DNA of 60,541 nt, the filler included. It is 5 parts of 5 records of this genome, joined end to end, with 100 filler letters (N's around TTAATTAATTAA, not from the genome) between each part and the next. Parts side by side here need not be neighbours in the genome. Positions count along the whole stretch, not along the records: positions 1 to 14,239 come from SRR31156797_3775; 4 more parts are not named here. The stretch is one strand, 5' to 3'. Each line of letters starts with the position of its first letter. The first letter of the stretch is position 1. Shown here piece after piece: positions 1 to 10,235 of this stretch. The translations under genes were made by a program, and so were the position numbers. The notes beneath the pieces were generated by a model. The model was not told the origin of the DNA. It saw nothing but the letters and a program-made list of their open reading frames with translations, and made no database searches.

Positions 1-1
1 A

Positions 2-2338
2 GTTGTAGAAGATGTAAATGAGTGTCTATTCTATGGATTAGGAGCTGATGGTACTGTTGGAGCAAATAAAAACTCAGTAAAAATTATTGGAGATAAAACA
101 GACCTTTATGCACAAGCATACTTTGCATATGACTCAAAAAAGAGTGGTGGTTATACAAGATCACACTTAAGATTTAGCAAAAATCCTATTAGGTCAACAT
201 ACCTTGTATCAAATCCTGGATTTGTAGCCTGTTCAAAAGAGGTTTATCTAGAACAATATGAAGTTATTGATAAACTAAAAGATTGTGGGACATTCTTACT
301 TAACTCAATTTATAGTAAAGAGGATATTGTAAATAAAATTCCTGACAGAGTTAAAAAAATCCTTGCAGATAAAAAAATCAAATTTTATATCATCAATGCA
401 ACAAAACTTGCTCGTGATATAGGTCTTGGAACAAGAACAAATACTATTATGCAAGCAGCATTTTTCAAACTTGCAGATATTATCCCTTATGACGAAGCAA
501 AAACATATATGAAACAATATGCTGAAAAAGCTTATGGAAATAAAGGTGAAGAGATAGTAAGAATGAACTATCTTGCTATTGATTCAGGTGAAGAAGGACT
601 TGTTGAAGTTCCTGTTGACGCTTCTTGGTCAAACCTTGAAGGTGGAGAGTTAGTTGTAAAATCTCAATACCACGGTAGTGAATATGTAGAAAAATTTGCA
701 AAAGTTGTAAATGCTGCAAAAGGTGATGAACTTCCAGTTTCATCAGTTCTAAATCTTGGAATGGAAGGTGGAACATTTGAAAATGGTTCTACAAAATATG
801 AAAAAAGAGCTATCGCTACAATGGTTCCACAATGGAATGAAGATACATGTATCCAATGTAACCAATGTGCATTTGAGTGTCCACATGCAGTTATCAGACC
901 ATTTTTAATGGATGAATCAGAGTTTGAAAAAGCACCAGAGGGAGTAAAAACTCACTCACTAGATGCAAAAGCAAAAGGAACAAAAGACCAAGGATTAAAA
1001 TACAAAATCCAAGTTTCTATAATGGACTGTACAGGATGTAATGTTTGTGTTGATATCTGTCCAACAAAAGAGAAATCTCTTAAAATGGTACCTTATGAAG
1101 TTGAAGATGGTAACAACGAACAAGAGAATGCAGACTTCTTATTTAATGATGTATCATATAAAGAACACCTAGTAAAAATGGATACAGTTCAAGGTTCTCA
1201 ATTTGCACAACCATTATTTGAGTTCCATAGTGCCTGTCCAGGGTGTGGGGAAACTCCATATATCACTTTAGCAACACAACTATTTGGTGATAGAATGATG
1301 GTTTCAAATGCAACTGGATGTTCATCTATTTATTCAGCTTCAGCTCCATCAACTCCATTTACTAAAAATGCAAAAGGTGAAGGACCAGCATGGGCAAACT
1401 CATTATTTGAAGATGCTGCTGAGTTTGGATATGGTATGCATGCAGCAAATGAAACTATTAGAAATAGAGTTGGTAGAATTATGACTGAAACAATGGAAGA
1501 GGTAACTAATCCATTAAAAGGTTTATATAAAGAGTGGCTAGAGAATAGAAGCAATGGAGTAAAAACTCAAGAGATTAGAGATAAACTTGTACCTCAACTT
1601 GAAGCAAATCCTGAATTACCTGGTGTAAAAGATTTATTATCTCTTAAAAAATATATTGTAAGAAAATCACAATGGATTATTGGTGGTGATGGTTGGGCAT
1701 ATGACATTGGTTATGGTGGACTTGACCATGTTCTTGCAACTGGACAAAATGTAAATATGCTTGTTGTTGATACGGAAGTTTACTCTAATACTGGTGGACA
1801 ATCATCAAAAGCTGCTAGAACTGGTTCTATTGCAGATTTTACAAATGATGGTAAACCAAATAAGAAAAAAGATTTAGGTTATATCTCTATGACTTATGGA
1901 AATATTTATGTAGCACAAATCAACTCAAGAGCAAACCAAAAACATGCAGTTCAAGCTATGAAAGAAGCAGAAGAATATGATGGACCATCATTAATCATCG
2001 CTTACTCACCTTGTATTGCTCATGGTATTCAAGGTGGACTTATGAAATCTGTTGACCATGGTTCACTTGCAACTGAATCTGGATATTGGCCAATATATAC
2101 TTTTGACCCAAGAAAAATTGAACAAGGGCAAAACCCAATCAAAATCTCTGGTAAAAAACCAAATTGGGATAAATATGAAGAATTCTTAATGAAAGAAAAT
2201 AGATATAGATCTCTTAAAAAACTAAATCCAGAACATGCAGACTTTTTACTTGAACAAAATAAAAAAGATGCCCAATATAGATTTAGACAACTTACAAGAA
2301 TGGCAGCAGCTGATTACTCAGACGAAATTGAAGAATAA
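2..2338 (+). CDS. nifJ: Pyruvate:ferredoxin (flavodoxin) oxidoreductase, single-chain type, 5'-truncated by window start
   Basis: Frame +2 is open from base 2 (ECLFYGLGADGTVGANKN). It has two CxxCxxCxxxCP ferredoxin motifs, ACPGCGETPY, NATGCSSIY and the TPP-binding GGDGWAYDIG...EVYSNTGGQ. Confidence 0.97.
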   Translation, partial: VVEDVNECLFYGLGADGTVGANKNSVKIIGDKTDLYAQAYFAYDSKKSGGYTRSHLRFSKNPIRSTYLVSNPGFVACSKEVYLEQYEVIDKLKDCGTFLLNSIYSKEDIVNKIPDRVKKILADKKIKFYIINATKLARDIGLGTRTNTIMQAAFFKLADIIPYDEAKTYMKQYAEKAYGNKGEEIVRMNYLAIDSGEEGLVEVPVDASWSNLEGGELVVKSQYHGSEYVEKFAKVVNAAKGDELPVSSVLNLGMEGGTFENGSTKYEKRAIATMVPQWNEDTCIQCNQCAFECPHAVIRPFLMDESEFEKAPEGVKTHSLDAKAKGTKDQGLKYKIQVSIMDCTGCNVCVDICPTKEKSLKMVPYEVEDGNNEQENADFLFNDVSYKEHLVKMDTVQGSQFAQPLFEFHSACPGCGETPYITLATQLFGDRMMVSNATGCSSIYSASAPSTPFTKNAKGEGPAWANSLFEDAAEFGYGMHAANETIRNRVGRIMTETMEEVTNPLKGLYKEWLENRSNGVKTQEIRDKLVPQLEANPELPGVKDLLSLKKYIVRKSQWIIGGDGWAYDIGYGGLDHVLATGQNVNMLVVDTEVYSNTGGQSSKAARTGSIADFTNDGKPNKKKDLGYISMTYGNIYVAQINSRANQKHAVQAMKEAEEYDGPSLIIAYSPCIAHGIQGGLMKSVDHGSLATESGYWPIYTFDPRKIEQGQNPIKISGKKPNWDKYEEFLMKENRYRSLKKLNPEHADFLLEQNKKDAQYRFRQLTRMAAADYSDEIEE

Positions 2339-2339
2339 A

Positions 2340-2368
2340 AATAATAAGGCTACAAAGCCTTATTATTT
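2340..2368 (+). terminator. Rho-independent terminator after nifJ
   Basis: AATAATAAGGCT-acaa-AGCCTTATTATT inverted repeat directly after the stop codon. Confidence 0.75.
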
Positions 2369-2459
2369 CAATAATATACACTTGTATATTTACTAACCAT
2401 TTAAATACAATCAAGTTAATTCATTTTTGTTATACTTTCTAAAAAGCATAGGAATACGA

Positions 2460-2852
2460 ATGGGTTTATTTGATATCTCAACACAAAAGTCATCTCATAA
2501 TATAGAGAAAAAAGATGAAATAATAGCTTCATTAAAAGAGAGTTTTTCACAATTAAGTGATGATGTAGAAATAGAAAATAACCAAACTATATTCAAAAAA
2601 TTTAAAGCAGAAAAAACACTTTTAACTTATGATTTGAAAATTGTTACAAATTCAAACAAAGAAACATTTTCAATAGATTTTGAAGGGGAACTTTTAAACC
2701 TGTGGATTTTAGTGATTTTAATTATTGTAGGGATTCTTTTCACTTATGGAATGGGAACTGTTTTAGTTGCTGTTTTTGCTTACTACCAAAAGAAAGTTGC
2801 TACAAAATATATTGAAGAGAACTTTGAAAAGATAAAAAAGGAGTTTTCATAG
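2460..2852 (+). CDS. Hypothetical membrane protein
   Basis: ATG at 2460 follows an AGGA RBS (ORF-track start 2427 is probably too long). C-terminal hydrophobic hairpin LLNLWILVILIIVGILFTYGMGTVLVAVFAYY. Confidence 0.7.
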   Translation: MGLFDISTQKSSHNIEKKDEIIASLKESFSQLSDDVEIENNQTIFKKFKAEKTLLTYDLKIVTNSNKETFSIDFEGELLNLWILVILIIVGILFTYGMGTVLVAVFAYYQKKVATKYIEENFEKIKKEFS

Positions 2853-2867
2853 GAATAATTCTTGCAT
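2850..2867 (+). promoter_or_regulatory. Possible sigma-54 (-24/-12) promoter
   Basis: TAGGAATAATTCTTGCAT fits GG-N10-GC with TTGCA, about 20 nt before the next gene. Confidence 0.35.
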
Positions 2868-2886
2868 ACTTTTTAATCTAAAGGAT

Positions 2887-3261
2887 ATGCAAATGGATAT
2901 ATATGAAAAAGCCTACAACTGGGCAAAAACTTATGATTTTGAACCAATAGAAATAGAATATGCAACAAAACTTGCATTAAAAATGTTAGATGATTCATGT
3001 AAAATGACTCCAGAAGATAGAAAAATGTTTTTTTATGTATATGATGCAATCTCAGATAGAGATGATATAAAACTTGAAGATGATATAAACAAACTGGTAT
3101 TACTAGCGAGAGATAGAGATACTATATACTCAAAACCTGAATATGCAGATATCATTCATGCATGTAGATTAGAGATTATTCCAAATATGTTAAAAGTTCA
3201 TATGAAAGCTTTTAAAAAGATGGTTAGAAAGAAACTTGGTATTACTCTTCTAAACTTGTAA
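2887..3261 (+). CDS. Hypothetical soluble protein
   Basis: 124-aa ORF with normal codon usage. AAGGA RBS at 2881 favours the ATG at 2893. No recognisable motif. Confidence 0.7.
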   Translation: MQMDIYEKAYNWAKTYDFEPIEIEYATKLALKMLDDSCKMTPEDRKMFFYVYDAISDRDDIKLEDDINKLVLLARDRDTIYSKPEYADIIHACRLEIIPNMLKVHMKAFKKMVRKKLGITLLNL

Positions 3262-3358
3262 ACAATCAACTACTTAAACATTTTAAGCCTTTAAAATAGT
3301 AATTTAGATAAAATCTCAAAAATATTTATTAATTGAAGAAATATAAAAAGGAAATAAA

Positions 3359-3874
3359 ATGCCATTATTAGATAGCTTTAGGGTTGACCATACAATTATG
3401 CCTGCACCTGCAGTTAGAGTTGCAAAAACTATGAAATCACCATCTGGTGATGTAATTACAGTATTTGATTTAAGATTCTGTGTTCCAAATGAAGCAATGA
3501 TGACAGAAAAAGGAACTCACACATTAGAACACCTTTTTGCAGGATTTATCAGAGAGCATTTAAACTCTGATACAGTAGAGATTATTGATGTCTCTCCTAT
3601 GGGATGTAGAACAGGTTTTTATATGAGTTTGCTTGGTAGCCCAAAAGAGGAAGAAGTAGCAAAAGCATGGAAATTAGCTATGGAAGATGTATTAGAAGTA
3701 AAATCACAAGATGATATTCCAGAACTAAACCTTTTTCAATGTGGAACTTACAAAATGCACTCACTTGAAGAAGCAAAAGAGATTGCAAAAAAGGTTTTAA
3801 GCAAAGAGATTGGAATAATGTCAAATGAAAAACTATACTTATCTGATGAGAAACTGAACTCTCTTGGATGTTAA
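3359..3874 (+). CDS. luxS: S-ribosylhomocysteine lyase (AI-2 synthase)
   Basis: [13 protein letters not shown]-terminus, HTLEH metal motif, [20 protein letters not shown]. Confidence 0.98.
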   Translation: MPLLDSFRVDHTIMPAPAVRVAKTMKSPSGDVITVFDLRFCVPNEAMMTEKGTHTLEHLFAGFIREHLNSDTVEIIDVSPMGCRTGFYMSLLGSPKEEEVAKAWKLAMEDVLEVKSQDDIPELNLFQCGTYKMHSLEEAKEIAKKVLSKEIGIMSNEKLYLSDEKLNSLGC

Positions 3875-3877
3875 AAA

Positions 3878-3904
3878 ACTAAAAAGGCGAGAAGCCTTTT
3901 TAGT
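3878..3904 (+). terminator. Rho-independent terminator after luxS
   Basis: ACTAAAAAGGC-gagaa-GCCTTTTTAGT. Confidence 0.85.
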
Positions 3905-3957
3905 CCAACTCTTCAAACCATTTAAATCAACTTAATATATTTAATAGGAATTATCAC

Positions 3958-4692
3958 TTGGAAAACTTAGTAGAAACATTTGATGGCTCAAATACTCTAT
4001 TTTCAGAAAAATACAATCAACATTTTCATGACCTAAAAACAGGTGCAATACAAGAATCACTTGTAAAACATATAATCCCAGCTTTTAACTACTTTAAAGA
4101 AAAAAAGCAACTACATATACTTGATATCTGTTTTGGATTAGGATATAACACCTTTACTACAATCTATTATGTGATAAAAAATAACTTGAATAAAAAACTA
4201 AAAATATATTCTCCTGAATTAGATTTAGAGTTAATAAACTCCCTAAAAGAGTTTAAATATCCAAAAGAGTTTGAAAATATAAAAACTATAATTTTAGAAC
4301 TTGTAACTAAACATAAATATAAAGATAAAAATATAGAAATAGAACTTTTTATTGGTGATGCAAGAGAATATATCAAAACATTAAACAACATTGATATTGT
4401 ATACCAAGATGCTTTTAGTTCAGAAGTAAATAAAGAACTATGGAGTGTTCAATACTTCAAAGATATATTTAATAGCACAAATAAAGAAGCAATTGTTACA
4501 ACTTATTCTATTTCAACTCCAGTTAGATTATCTCTTTATGAAGCAGGCTTTGAAATCTATGAGATAAAAATAAAAGATGGCAAAAAACAAACACTAGCTT
4601 TAAAAGAAAAAAAAGAGCTAGTAGATACAAAATACATAGATATGCAATTAAAAAAACTAAGAAATAAAGAGGCAACAGCAATATATGACTAA
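3958..4692 (+). CDS. MnmC-type SAM-dependent tRNA methyltransferase, stand-alone domain (MnmD-like)
   Basis: T.DGSNTLFS..YNQHFH, GAIQES, ILDICFGLGYN (SAM motif I), DIVYQDAFS, ELWS, TTYS. No FAD oxidase half. TTG start. Confidence 0.85.
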   Translation: MENLVETFDGSNTLFSEKYNQHFHDLKTGAIQESLVKHIIPAFNYFKEKKQLHILDICFGLGYNTFTTIYYVIKNNLNKKLKIYSPELDLELINSLKEFKYPKEFENIKTIILELVTKHKYKDKNIEIELFIGDAREYIKTLNNIDIVYQDAFSSEVNKELWSVQYFKDIFNSTNKEAIVTTYSISTPVRLSLYEAGFEIYEIKIKDGKKQTLALKEKKELVDTKYIDMQLKKLRNKEATAIYD

Positions 4693-5491
4693 AAAAAGCT
4701 ATGTGCAATATAAAAAAGGAACTCTACCTATTATCTTAAGTGCTCCCCACGGTGGTGACAAATGTCCCAAAAATATCAAAAATAGAAAAACTGGAATTTT
4801 CGAAAAAGATGATTATACTTTAGAACTAACACATGAGATTTTAAAAGAGTTTAAAAAACAAACTTCAAGATATCCACACTGTATTACATCAACAATATCA
4901 AGAAAAAAAGTAGATTTAAATAGAGACCAAGATGAAGCTTATGAATGTGAAAATGCACATAGCGTATATAAAAAGTTTCATAATAAAATTGAACACTCTA
5001 GAGATATAGTAAAAAAAGATTTTAAAAAGGGCTTATATTTTGATATCCATGGACAGTCACACCCTGAAGGTTTTGTAGAGTTTGGGTATCTTTTAGATAA
5101 TAGTATTTTAAAAAAACAAAAACTTAAAAGATATAGATATATATCGAGTATAAAAAAGCTTTCACACTTTTCTCACAAATCTTTTAATAAACAAATTAGA
5201 GGGAAAAATTCCATAGGTTCTATTATGGAAAAAAATGGATATAAATCTATTCCTTCAAAAAACAACCCCTTTGCAAAAGATGAAAACTATTTTGAAGGTG
5301 CATATAATACATTAAGATATGGACATCATAAAAGTGATGAGATAAGTGCTATACAAGTAGAATTCCCATATAAAAAATGTAGAGACTCAAAAAAAAATAG
5401 AAAAAAATGTGCAAAAGCTTTTGTAAAAGCAATAATAAAATTTACAAAAGTTCATCTAAATATAGATTTAAAAAATATTAACTACTCATAA
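4685..5491 (+). CDS. N-formylglutamate amidohydrolase-family Zn hydrolase
   Basis: PIILSAPHGG, VDLNR, FDIHGQSH and AIQVE motifs. Overlaps the upstream stop. Confidence 0.75.
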   Translation: MTKKSYVQYKKGTLPIILSAPHGGDKCPKNIKNRKTGIFEKDDYTLELTHEILKEFKKQTSRYPHCITSTISRKKVDLNRDQDEAYECENAHSVYKKFHNKIEHSRDIVKKDFKKGLYFDIHGQSHPEGFVEFGYLLDNSILKKQKLKRYRYISSIKKLSHFSHKSFNKQIRGKNSIGSIMEKNGYKSIPSKNNPFAKDENYFEGAYNTLRYGHHKSDEISAIQVEFPYKKCRDSKKNRKKCAKAFVKAIIKFTKVHLNIDLKNINYS

Positions 5492-6293
5492 AGTTTATTA
5501 TTTTTCTATCTTCATATAAGATATGGTTTATTAACCAAATATCCATATATTCTATTAACTTCTTTTCAAACTCTACTATTTTTAATTTTGGTAATGTTTG
5601 AATAAAGTCATTCATTTGGTTTATTATCTCTTTATGCAATTCTTTATGTTCTAAAAGTGCGGGATAGTTGTTTTTCTCCATATACTCTTCTTCATGCTCA
5701 AAGTGTGTTTTCATATAATCATATAACTGAGAAATTGTTATTTTAACATGTGAGCGTATATCTGTATTGTGATATTTTAATGATTCAATAGCAATATTAA
5801 AAAGCATTTCGTGTTCTTCATCTAAAAGCTCATTTTGTAGTTTGTATTCAACTTTCCACATAAACCTTTCTTTTAATTCCTCTCTGGTTTTAATTGCATG
5901 GTGTACTTTTTTATCTTCTATTAATATATGTTGTAAAATATTGTGATTTACCAACATACTAAGTTGTTCTATAGTATCTTCTAGTGGTTGAAACTCTATT
6001 CTTTTTATTATAGTATTTAATTGTTCTATCAATTTTTCATGAAGTTTTTTATGATATTCCAAGGCTGAAAAATTTATCTCTCTCATAAAATTTTCTTCAT
6101 TGCTAAAGTGAAACTTTGTATATTTAATAAGTTCTTTAACAATTTTTAGAACTTCATCATAATCCTTTTCACATCTATATACTTTATTTGCTATTTCAAA
6201 TAGCCTTTTATGTTCAGAATCAATTTTTTTATGCCCTATTGAATATGCATCTTCCCAACTAGTGATATAACAACTATTTAATGTACCACTCAT
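5478..6293 (-). CDS. Tandem two-domain bacteriohemerythrin
   Basis: Two copies of D.EH..LF / HF..EE / H...H / HI..ED di-iron ligand sets. Confidence 0.9.
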   Translation of the reverse strand: MSGTLNSCYITSWEDAYSIGHKKIDSEHKRLFEIANKVYRCEKDYDEVLKIVKELIKYTKFHFSNEENFMREINFSALEYHKKLHEKLIEQLNTIIKRIEFQPLEDTIEQLSMLVNHNILQHILIEDKKVHHAIKTREELKERFMWKVEYKLQNELLDEEHEMLFNIAIESLKYHNTDIRSHVKITISQLYDYMKTHFEHEEEYMEKNNYPALLEHKELHKEIINQMNDFIQTLPKLKIVEFEKKLIEYMDIWLINHILYEDRKIINFMSS

Positions 6294-6441
6294 TTTATTT
6301 TCCCAACTAGTAATTATAATTATTATAACTTATTAGAATAGTAAATACAATAGTTTTAAATATAATTTATAATTAAATAATATATTACTAGTAAAGATTG
6401 ATACAATTTAAGACAGTTTTATGTAAAAAAAGAGGTGCTTT

Positions 6442-6468
6442 TAAAGTTGTGCTTTGCACACAACTTTA
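6442..6468 (-). terminator. Hairpin/terminator after the 6469-6966 gene
   Basis: TAAAGTTGTG-ctttgca-CACAACTTTA, 10-bp stem abutting the stop codon. Confidence 0.55.
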
Positions 6469-6966
6469 TTAGTCTTCTACAAGATTATCTAAAATATATT
6501 TTTCTAAATCTTTTTTAGAAACTTCATTTTTAATAGCTTTTAAATAAATCTCTTCAATCTTTTTATTATATTCTTCATAAGGGAAGAAAGGAAATCTTAA
6601 AGTCCAAGATCTTTTAATCTGCTTATATGTAATTTCATCTCTCATTTTCGCTCTAAAAAAGTTAAACCCTATAAATATAACTGCTGTAATAACCATTGCT
6701 CCTAAAATAGAAATATGAGGATCTATATTTGCTAGAGGTTTGTGTAGTATAGTTGAAATAGGAATTAATATTGCTAAAACAATTACAATATAAACTAAAT
6801 AGGCTCTACCAAGTTTTAATCTAAACCCAAGTTTTGAAGGGTCTACATGCATACCTTCATTATATTGTCTATTTGCTTCTAACAAATCTCTTAAAAGAAT
6901 TGGTTGTTTTGACAGGATATAAATATAATCTAATATCTTCTCTTTTAAGCTTTTTTCTTTTGTCAT
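6469..6966 (-). CDS. Hypothetical membrane protein, two TM helices
   Basis: 165-aa ORF, AGGA RBS, two hydrophobic segments, W..RFPFFPYEEY tail. Confidence 0.7.
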   Translation of the reverse strand: MTKEKSLKEKILDYIYILSKQPILLRDLLEANRQYNEGMHVDPSKLGFRLKLGRAYLVYIVIVLAILIPISTILHKPLANIDPHISILGAMVITAVIFIGFNFFRAKMRDEITYKQIKRSWTLRFPFFPYEEYNKKIEEIYLKAIKNEVSKKDLEKYILDNLVED

Positions 6967-7186
6967 AGTCTTTCCTATATTTTAATGAAGTATATTTTAT
7001 CAAATAAATAGTAAAAAAATTTATATAGATTATCTACACACTTCAATTTAGTATATTATTTTTATTGATTGTATCATTTTAATAATTGAAAATTACTATA
7101 ATTAAGTTAAATTTCATATAGAAAGCTTGTTTACTTTTTGTAGAGAAAATATACTTCAATTTCTAAGCATATACAAATGGTTACTA

Positions 7187-7221
7187 AATGCAAGTTTAAT
7201 GACAGTTTTCTATGATAAAGT
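7187..7221 (+). promoter_or_regulatory. Putative TctD box (11-bp direct repeat) plus extended -10 of tctC
   Basis: AATGCAAGTTT AATGACAGTTT, then 7 nt, then TAAAGT preceded by TGn. Confidence 0.55.
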
Positions 7222-7250
7222 TTTTTTCCAATTTAATCAAGGAGAAAGTA

Positions 7251-8249
7251 ATGTATAAAAATATGATTAAATCAGTATTAAAAACTACTGGTATCTCGCT
7301 ATTAGGTTTAGGTTTCTTATTTTCAAACTTAAATGCTGCTAATTACCCTTCTAAACCAATCAACTTAGTTGTAGGATTTGGTATTGGAGGAAGTGCAGAC
7401 AGAATGGCAAGAACTATGTCAACTTTCCTTTCAGACGAAATAGGTGAAAGAGTAAAAGTTATAAATAAAAAAGGTGCAGGAACTCAAATTGCTGCAAGTT
7501 ATGTATTAAGAAAGCCTGCTGACGGTTATACTGTTTTTGCTTCGACATTTGCTCCATATTTAGCAAACACTATTTTAACTGGTGGTGCAAAATATGCAAT
7601 GACTGATTTTGATTTTATCAACATCCAATGGTTTGATTTTGAATTAATAGCTTTAAATAAAAACTCAAAATATAATAGTTTAGCTGAAGTATTAAATGCT
7701 ATTAAAAACAATCCAGGTGAAGTTAAGGCTTCTGTTGTTCAAGGTTCAGGTGGACACTTGATTTTAAAACTTTTATTAGACAGATATGGTATTCCTCAAG
7801 AGAATTTAAATCTTGTTACTTATAACAGTGGTGGTAAAGCTAGAACTGCAGTTGCAGGTGGACAAGTTGATTTAATCGCTATTTCTGCTCAAGGAAGTGA
7901 AAGTATTAGAGAATTTATTAAACCAATTGCAATCTTAAAAGATAAAAGAATGAAACAATGGGATGCCCCAACTGTAAATGAAGCGATTGCTCACTTAGGT
8001 ATTGAAGTTCCTGTATTCAGTGGTTCAATGAGAGGATTTGCAGTTCCAGCAAAAATGAAAGAAAAATATCCAGAAAGATATAAAACATTAACAGAAGCTA
8101 TGCAAAGAACTTTAGCAACTAAAGATGTTCAAAAATTCTTAAGTAAAAGTGATATTGGTTACACTTGGACTGGACCTGAAAAATCAAATGAGTTAATTAA
8201 CGAATCTTATGAAATCTTCAAAAAATACAGCCACTTATTAAAAGACTAA
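7251..8249 (+). CDS. tctC: Tripartite tricarboxylate transporter substrate-binding protein
   Basis: Signal peptide, YPSKPINLVVGFGIGGSAD..AR, NKKGAG, PADGYT, GGQVD. AAGGAG RBS supports ATG 7251. Confidence 0.92.
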   Translation: MYKNMIKSVLKTTGISLLGLGFLFSNLNAANYPSKPINLVVGFGIGGSADRMARTMSTFLSDEIGERVKVINKKGAGTQIAASYVLRKPADGYTVFASTFAPYLANTILTGGAKYAMTDFDFINIQWFDFELIALNKNSKYNSLAEVLNAIKNNPGEVKASVVQGSGGHLILKLLLDRYGIPQENLNLVTYNSGGKARTAVAGGQVDLIAISAQGSESIREFIKPIAILKDKRMKQWDAPTVNEAIAHLGIEVPVFSGSMRGFAVPAKMKEKYPERYKTLTEAMQRTLATKDVQKFLSKSDIGYTWTGPEKSNELINESYEIFKKYSHLLKD

Positions 8250-8259
8250 AAGAAAAATA

Positions 8260-8709
8260 ATGAATATTTCAAGAGAAAAAATAGCTAATAGCATAGTAAT
8301 ACTATGCTTAGCTGCTTTTGTATTATGGTATGCAATTGATACTCATAATGCATCAAGTAGTTTAGAAAATACAATTTTAATTATTCCAGTTGCAGCTATT
8401 ACTTTATGCTTATGTACATTTGAGTTTTTTACGCAAAAAGAAGAAGATTTTAAAGAGAATAAAAAAGAGGATATCATATCTGTTATTCCAGTTATGATTA
8501 TATTTATCCTTTATGTATTTACTTTAGAGTATTTAGGGTTTGACCTTGGAACAGTTTTATTCTTAGGTTTATTTTTATTTTTCCATGGTGAAAAAAGACT
8601 ATCTTGGCTATTAGGTTATAGTTTAGTTTATGGATTTATCATAGCATATTTCTTTTCTGTAATGCTTCCATATCCGATGCCAATGATGATTTTACCAACA
8701 GATTACTAG
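8260..8709 (+). CDS. tctB: Tripartite tricarboxylate transporter small membrane subunit
   Basis: 149 aa, about four TM helices, LEYLGF and LPYPMP motifs, between tctC and tctA. Confidence 0.85.
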   Translation: MNISREKIANSIVILCLAAFVLWYAIDTHNASSSLENTILIIPVAAITLCLCTFEFFTQKEEDFKENKKEDIISVIPVMIIFILYVFTLEYLGFDLGTVLFLGLFLFFHGEKRLSWLLGYSLVYGFIIAYFFSVMLPYPMPMMILPTDY

Positions 8710-8717
8710 GAGAAAAT

Positions 8718-10235
8718 ATGGATTTAATAGATATAGGTCAAGCTAGTCAAGCATTTAGTTTACTATTTTCTCAACCAGAATATTGGTTAATAGTAATTCC
8801 AGGTATTATGATTGGTTTATTCTTTGGAGCAACTCCAGGTTTACAAACATCTATGGCAATGGCAATATTTTTACCATTGACTTTATATATGGATTTTTTA
8901 CAAGCAATGTTGTTCTTAACTGCCATCTTCACAGGTGGAGGTTTTGGTGCTGGGGTTCCAGCCATATTGATGAATATTCCAGGTACTTCCTCAGCTATTG
9001 CAACAGCTTTTGATGGTTACCCAATGGCAAGAAATGGTAAACATAATGAAGCATTAGGTTTAGCATTAGGTTCATCTACATTTGGTGTTATATTAGGATA
9101 TATTTTATTATTCTTCCTAATCAAACCAATGTCAACTTTTGTACTAAAACTTGGACCATCTGAGATGTTTATTGTTATTCTTTGGGGACTTACATTAATT
9201 GCAAGTTTAACTGGAAAACATATCTTAAAAGGTCTGATTGCAGGACTTGTTGGGCTTCTTATTGGAACGATTGGTTTCAGTGAAGTTGGAATTCTAAGAG
9301 GAACAATGGGCGTTGATATCTTAATGGATGGTGTTCCAGTTATTCCTGCTATGATGGGTATGTTTGCTGCATCAGAACTTTTCAAACTTGTAAATGCAGA
9401 GTTCTTGGTTGAGGATGAAGCACAAAGAAAAGTTAGAATTTCTGCTATGATTAGAGGATTTAAGCATGCATTTAAATATCCTGTTATTCTTATAAGAGGA
9501 AGTTTAATTGGTGTAATTATTGGAGCTGTTCCCGGTGTGGGTTCTTCAGTTTCAAATCTTTTATCTTATATTGAAACAAAAAGAAGAGATAAAGACCCTG
9601 ATTCATACGGTAAAGGTAATCCAAAAGGTGTAATTGCATCAGAATCTGCAAATAGTACATCGGAAGCTGGTTCTATGGCAACACTTTTAGCACTTGGTAT
9701 TCCAGGTGGTGGTGCAACAGCTGTTATGCTTGCTGCATTTGCTATGCATAATATTACAGGTGGACCACAATTTATTAGAGCTGAAATGGATGTTGTTTAT
9801 GCGATTATTTTTGCAAACTTCGGGCAAGCATTTTTACTAATTTTATTAGGTGTTATTTTAATTCCTATTTTAGCATCAATTATTAAAGTAAAAATGAACT
9901 ATTTAGTACCTTCTGTATTAGTTCTTGCAGTTTGTGGGGCATTTGGATTAACAGGGAATATGTCTGGACCTATTACAGTTTTAATATTCTCTATTATTGG
10001 TTGGATATTTAAAAGATATCACTTCTCTGTTCCTGCTACTGTTATTGGTATGCTTTTAGGTAGTATGGCAGAAAGTTCGTTAGTTCAGACACTACAGATT
10101 TCTGGTGGTGATTTTACATATATCTTTGAAAGACCTATTACACTGATTATTTTAGTTCTTTTACTATTATCATTGTTTGGTTCAAAATTAGTTGGGAAAC
10201 TAACTAAAAAAGACCCTATCAAATCTGAAAAATAA
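8718..10235 (+). CDS. tctA: Tripartite tricarboxylate transporter large permease
   Basis: GATPGL, AILMNIPGT.S.IATAFDGYPMA, GVIASESAN, LALGIPG. Confidence 0.95.
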   Translation: MDLIDIGQASQAFSLLFSQPEYWLIVIPGIMIGLFFGATPGLQTSMAMAIFLPLTLYMDFLQAMLFLTAIFTGGGFGAGVPAILMNIPGTSSAIATAFDGYPMARNGKHNEALGLALGSSTFGVILGYILLFFLIKPMSTFVLKLGPSEMFIVILWGLTLIASLTGKHILKGLIAGLVGLLIGTIGFSEVGILRGTMGVDILMDGVPVIPAMMGMFAASELFKLVNAEFLVEDEAQRKVRISAMIRGFKHAFKYPVILIRGSLIGVIIGAVPGVGSSVSNLLSYIETKRRDKDPDSYGKGNPKGVIASESANSTSEAGSMATLLALGIPGGGATAVMLAAFAMHNITGGPQFIRAEMDVVYAIIFANFGQAFLLILLGVILIPILASIIKVKMNYLVPSVLVLAVCGAFGLTGNMSGPITVLIFSIIGWIFKRYHFSVPATVIGMLLGSMAESSLVQTLQISGGDFTYIFERPITLIILVLLLLSLFGSKLVGKLTKKDPIKSEK

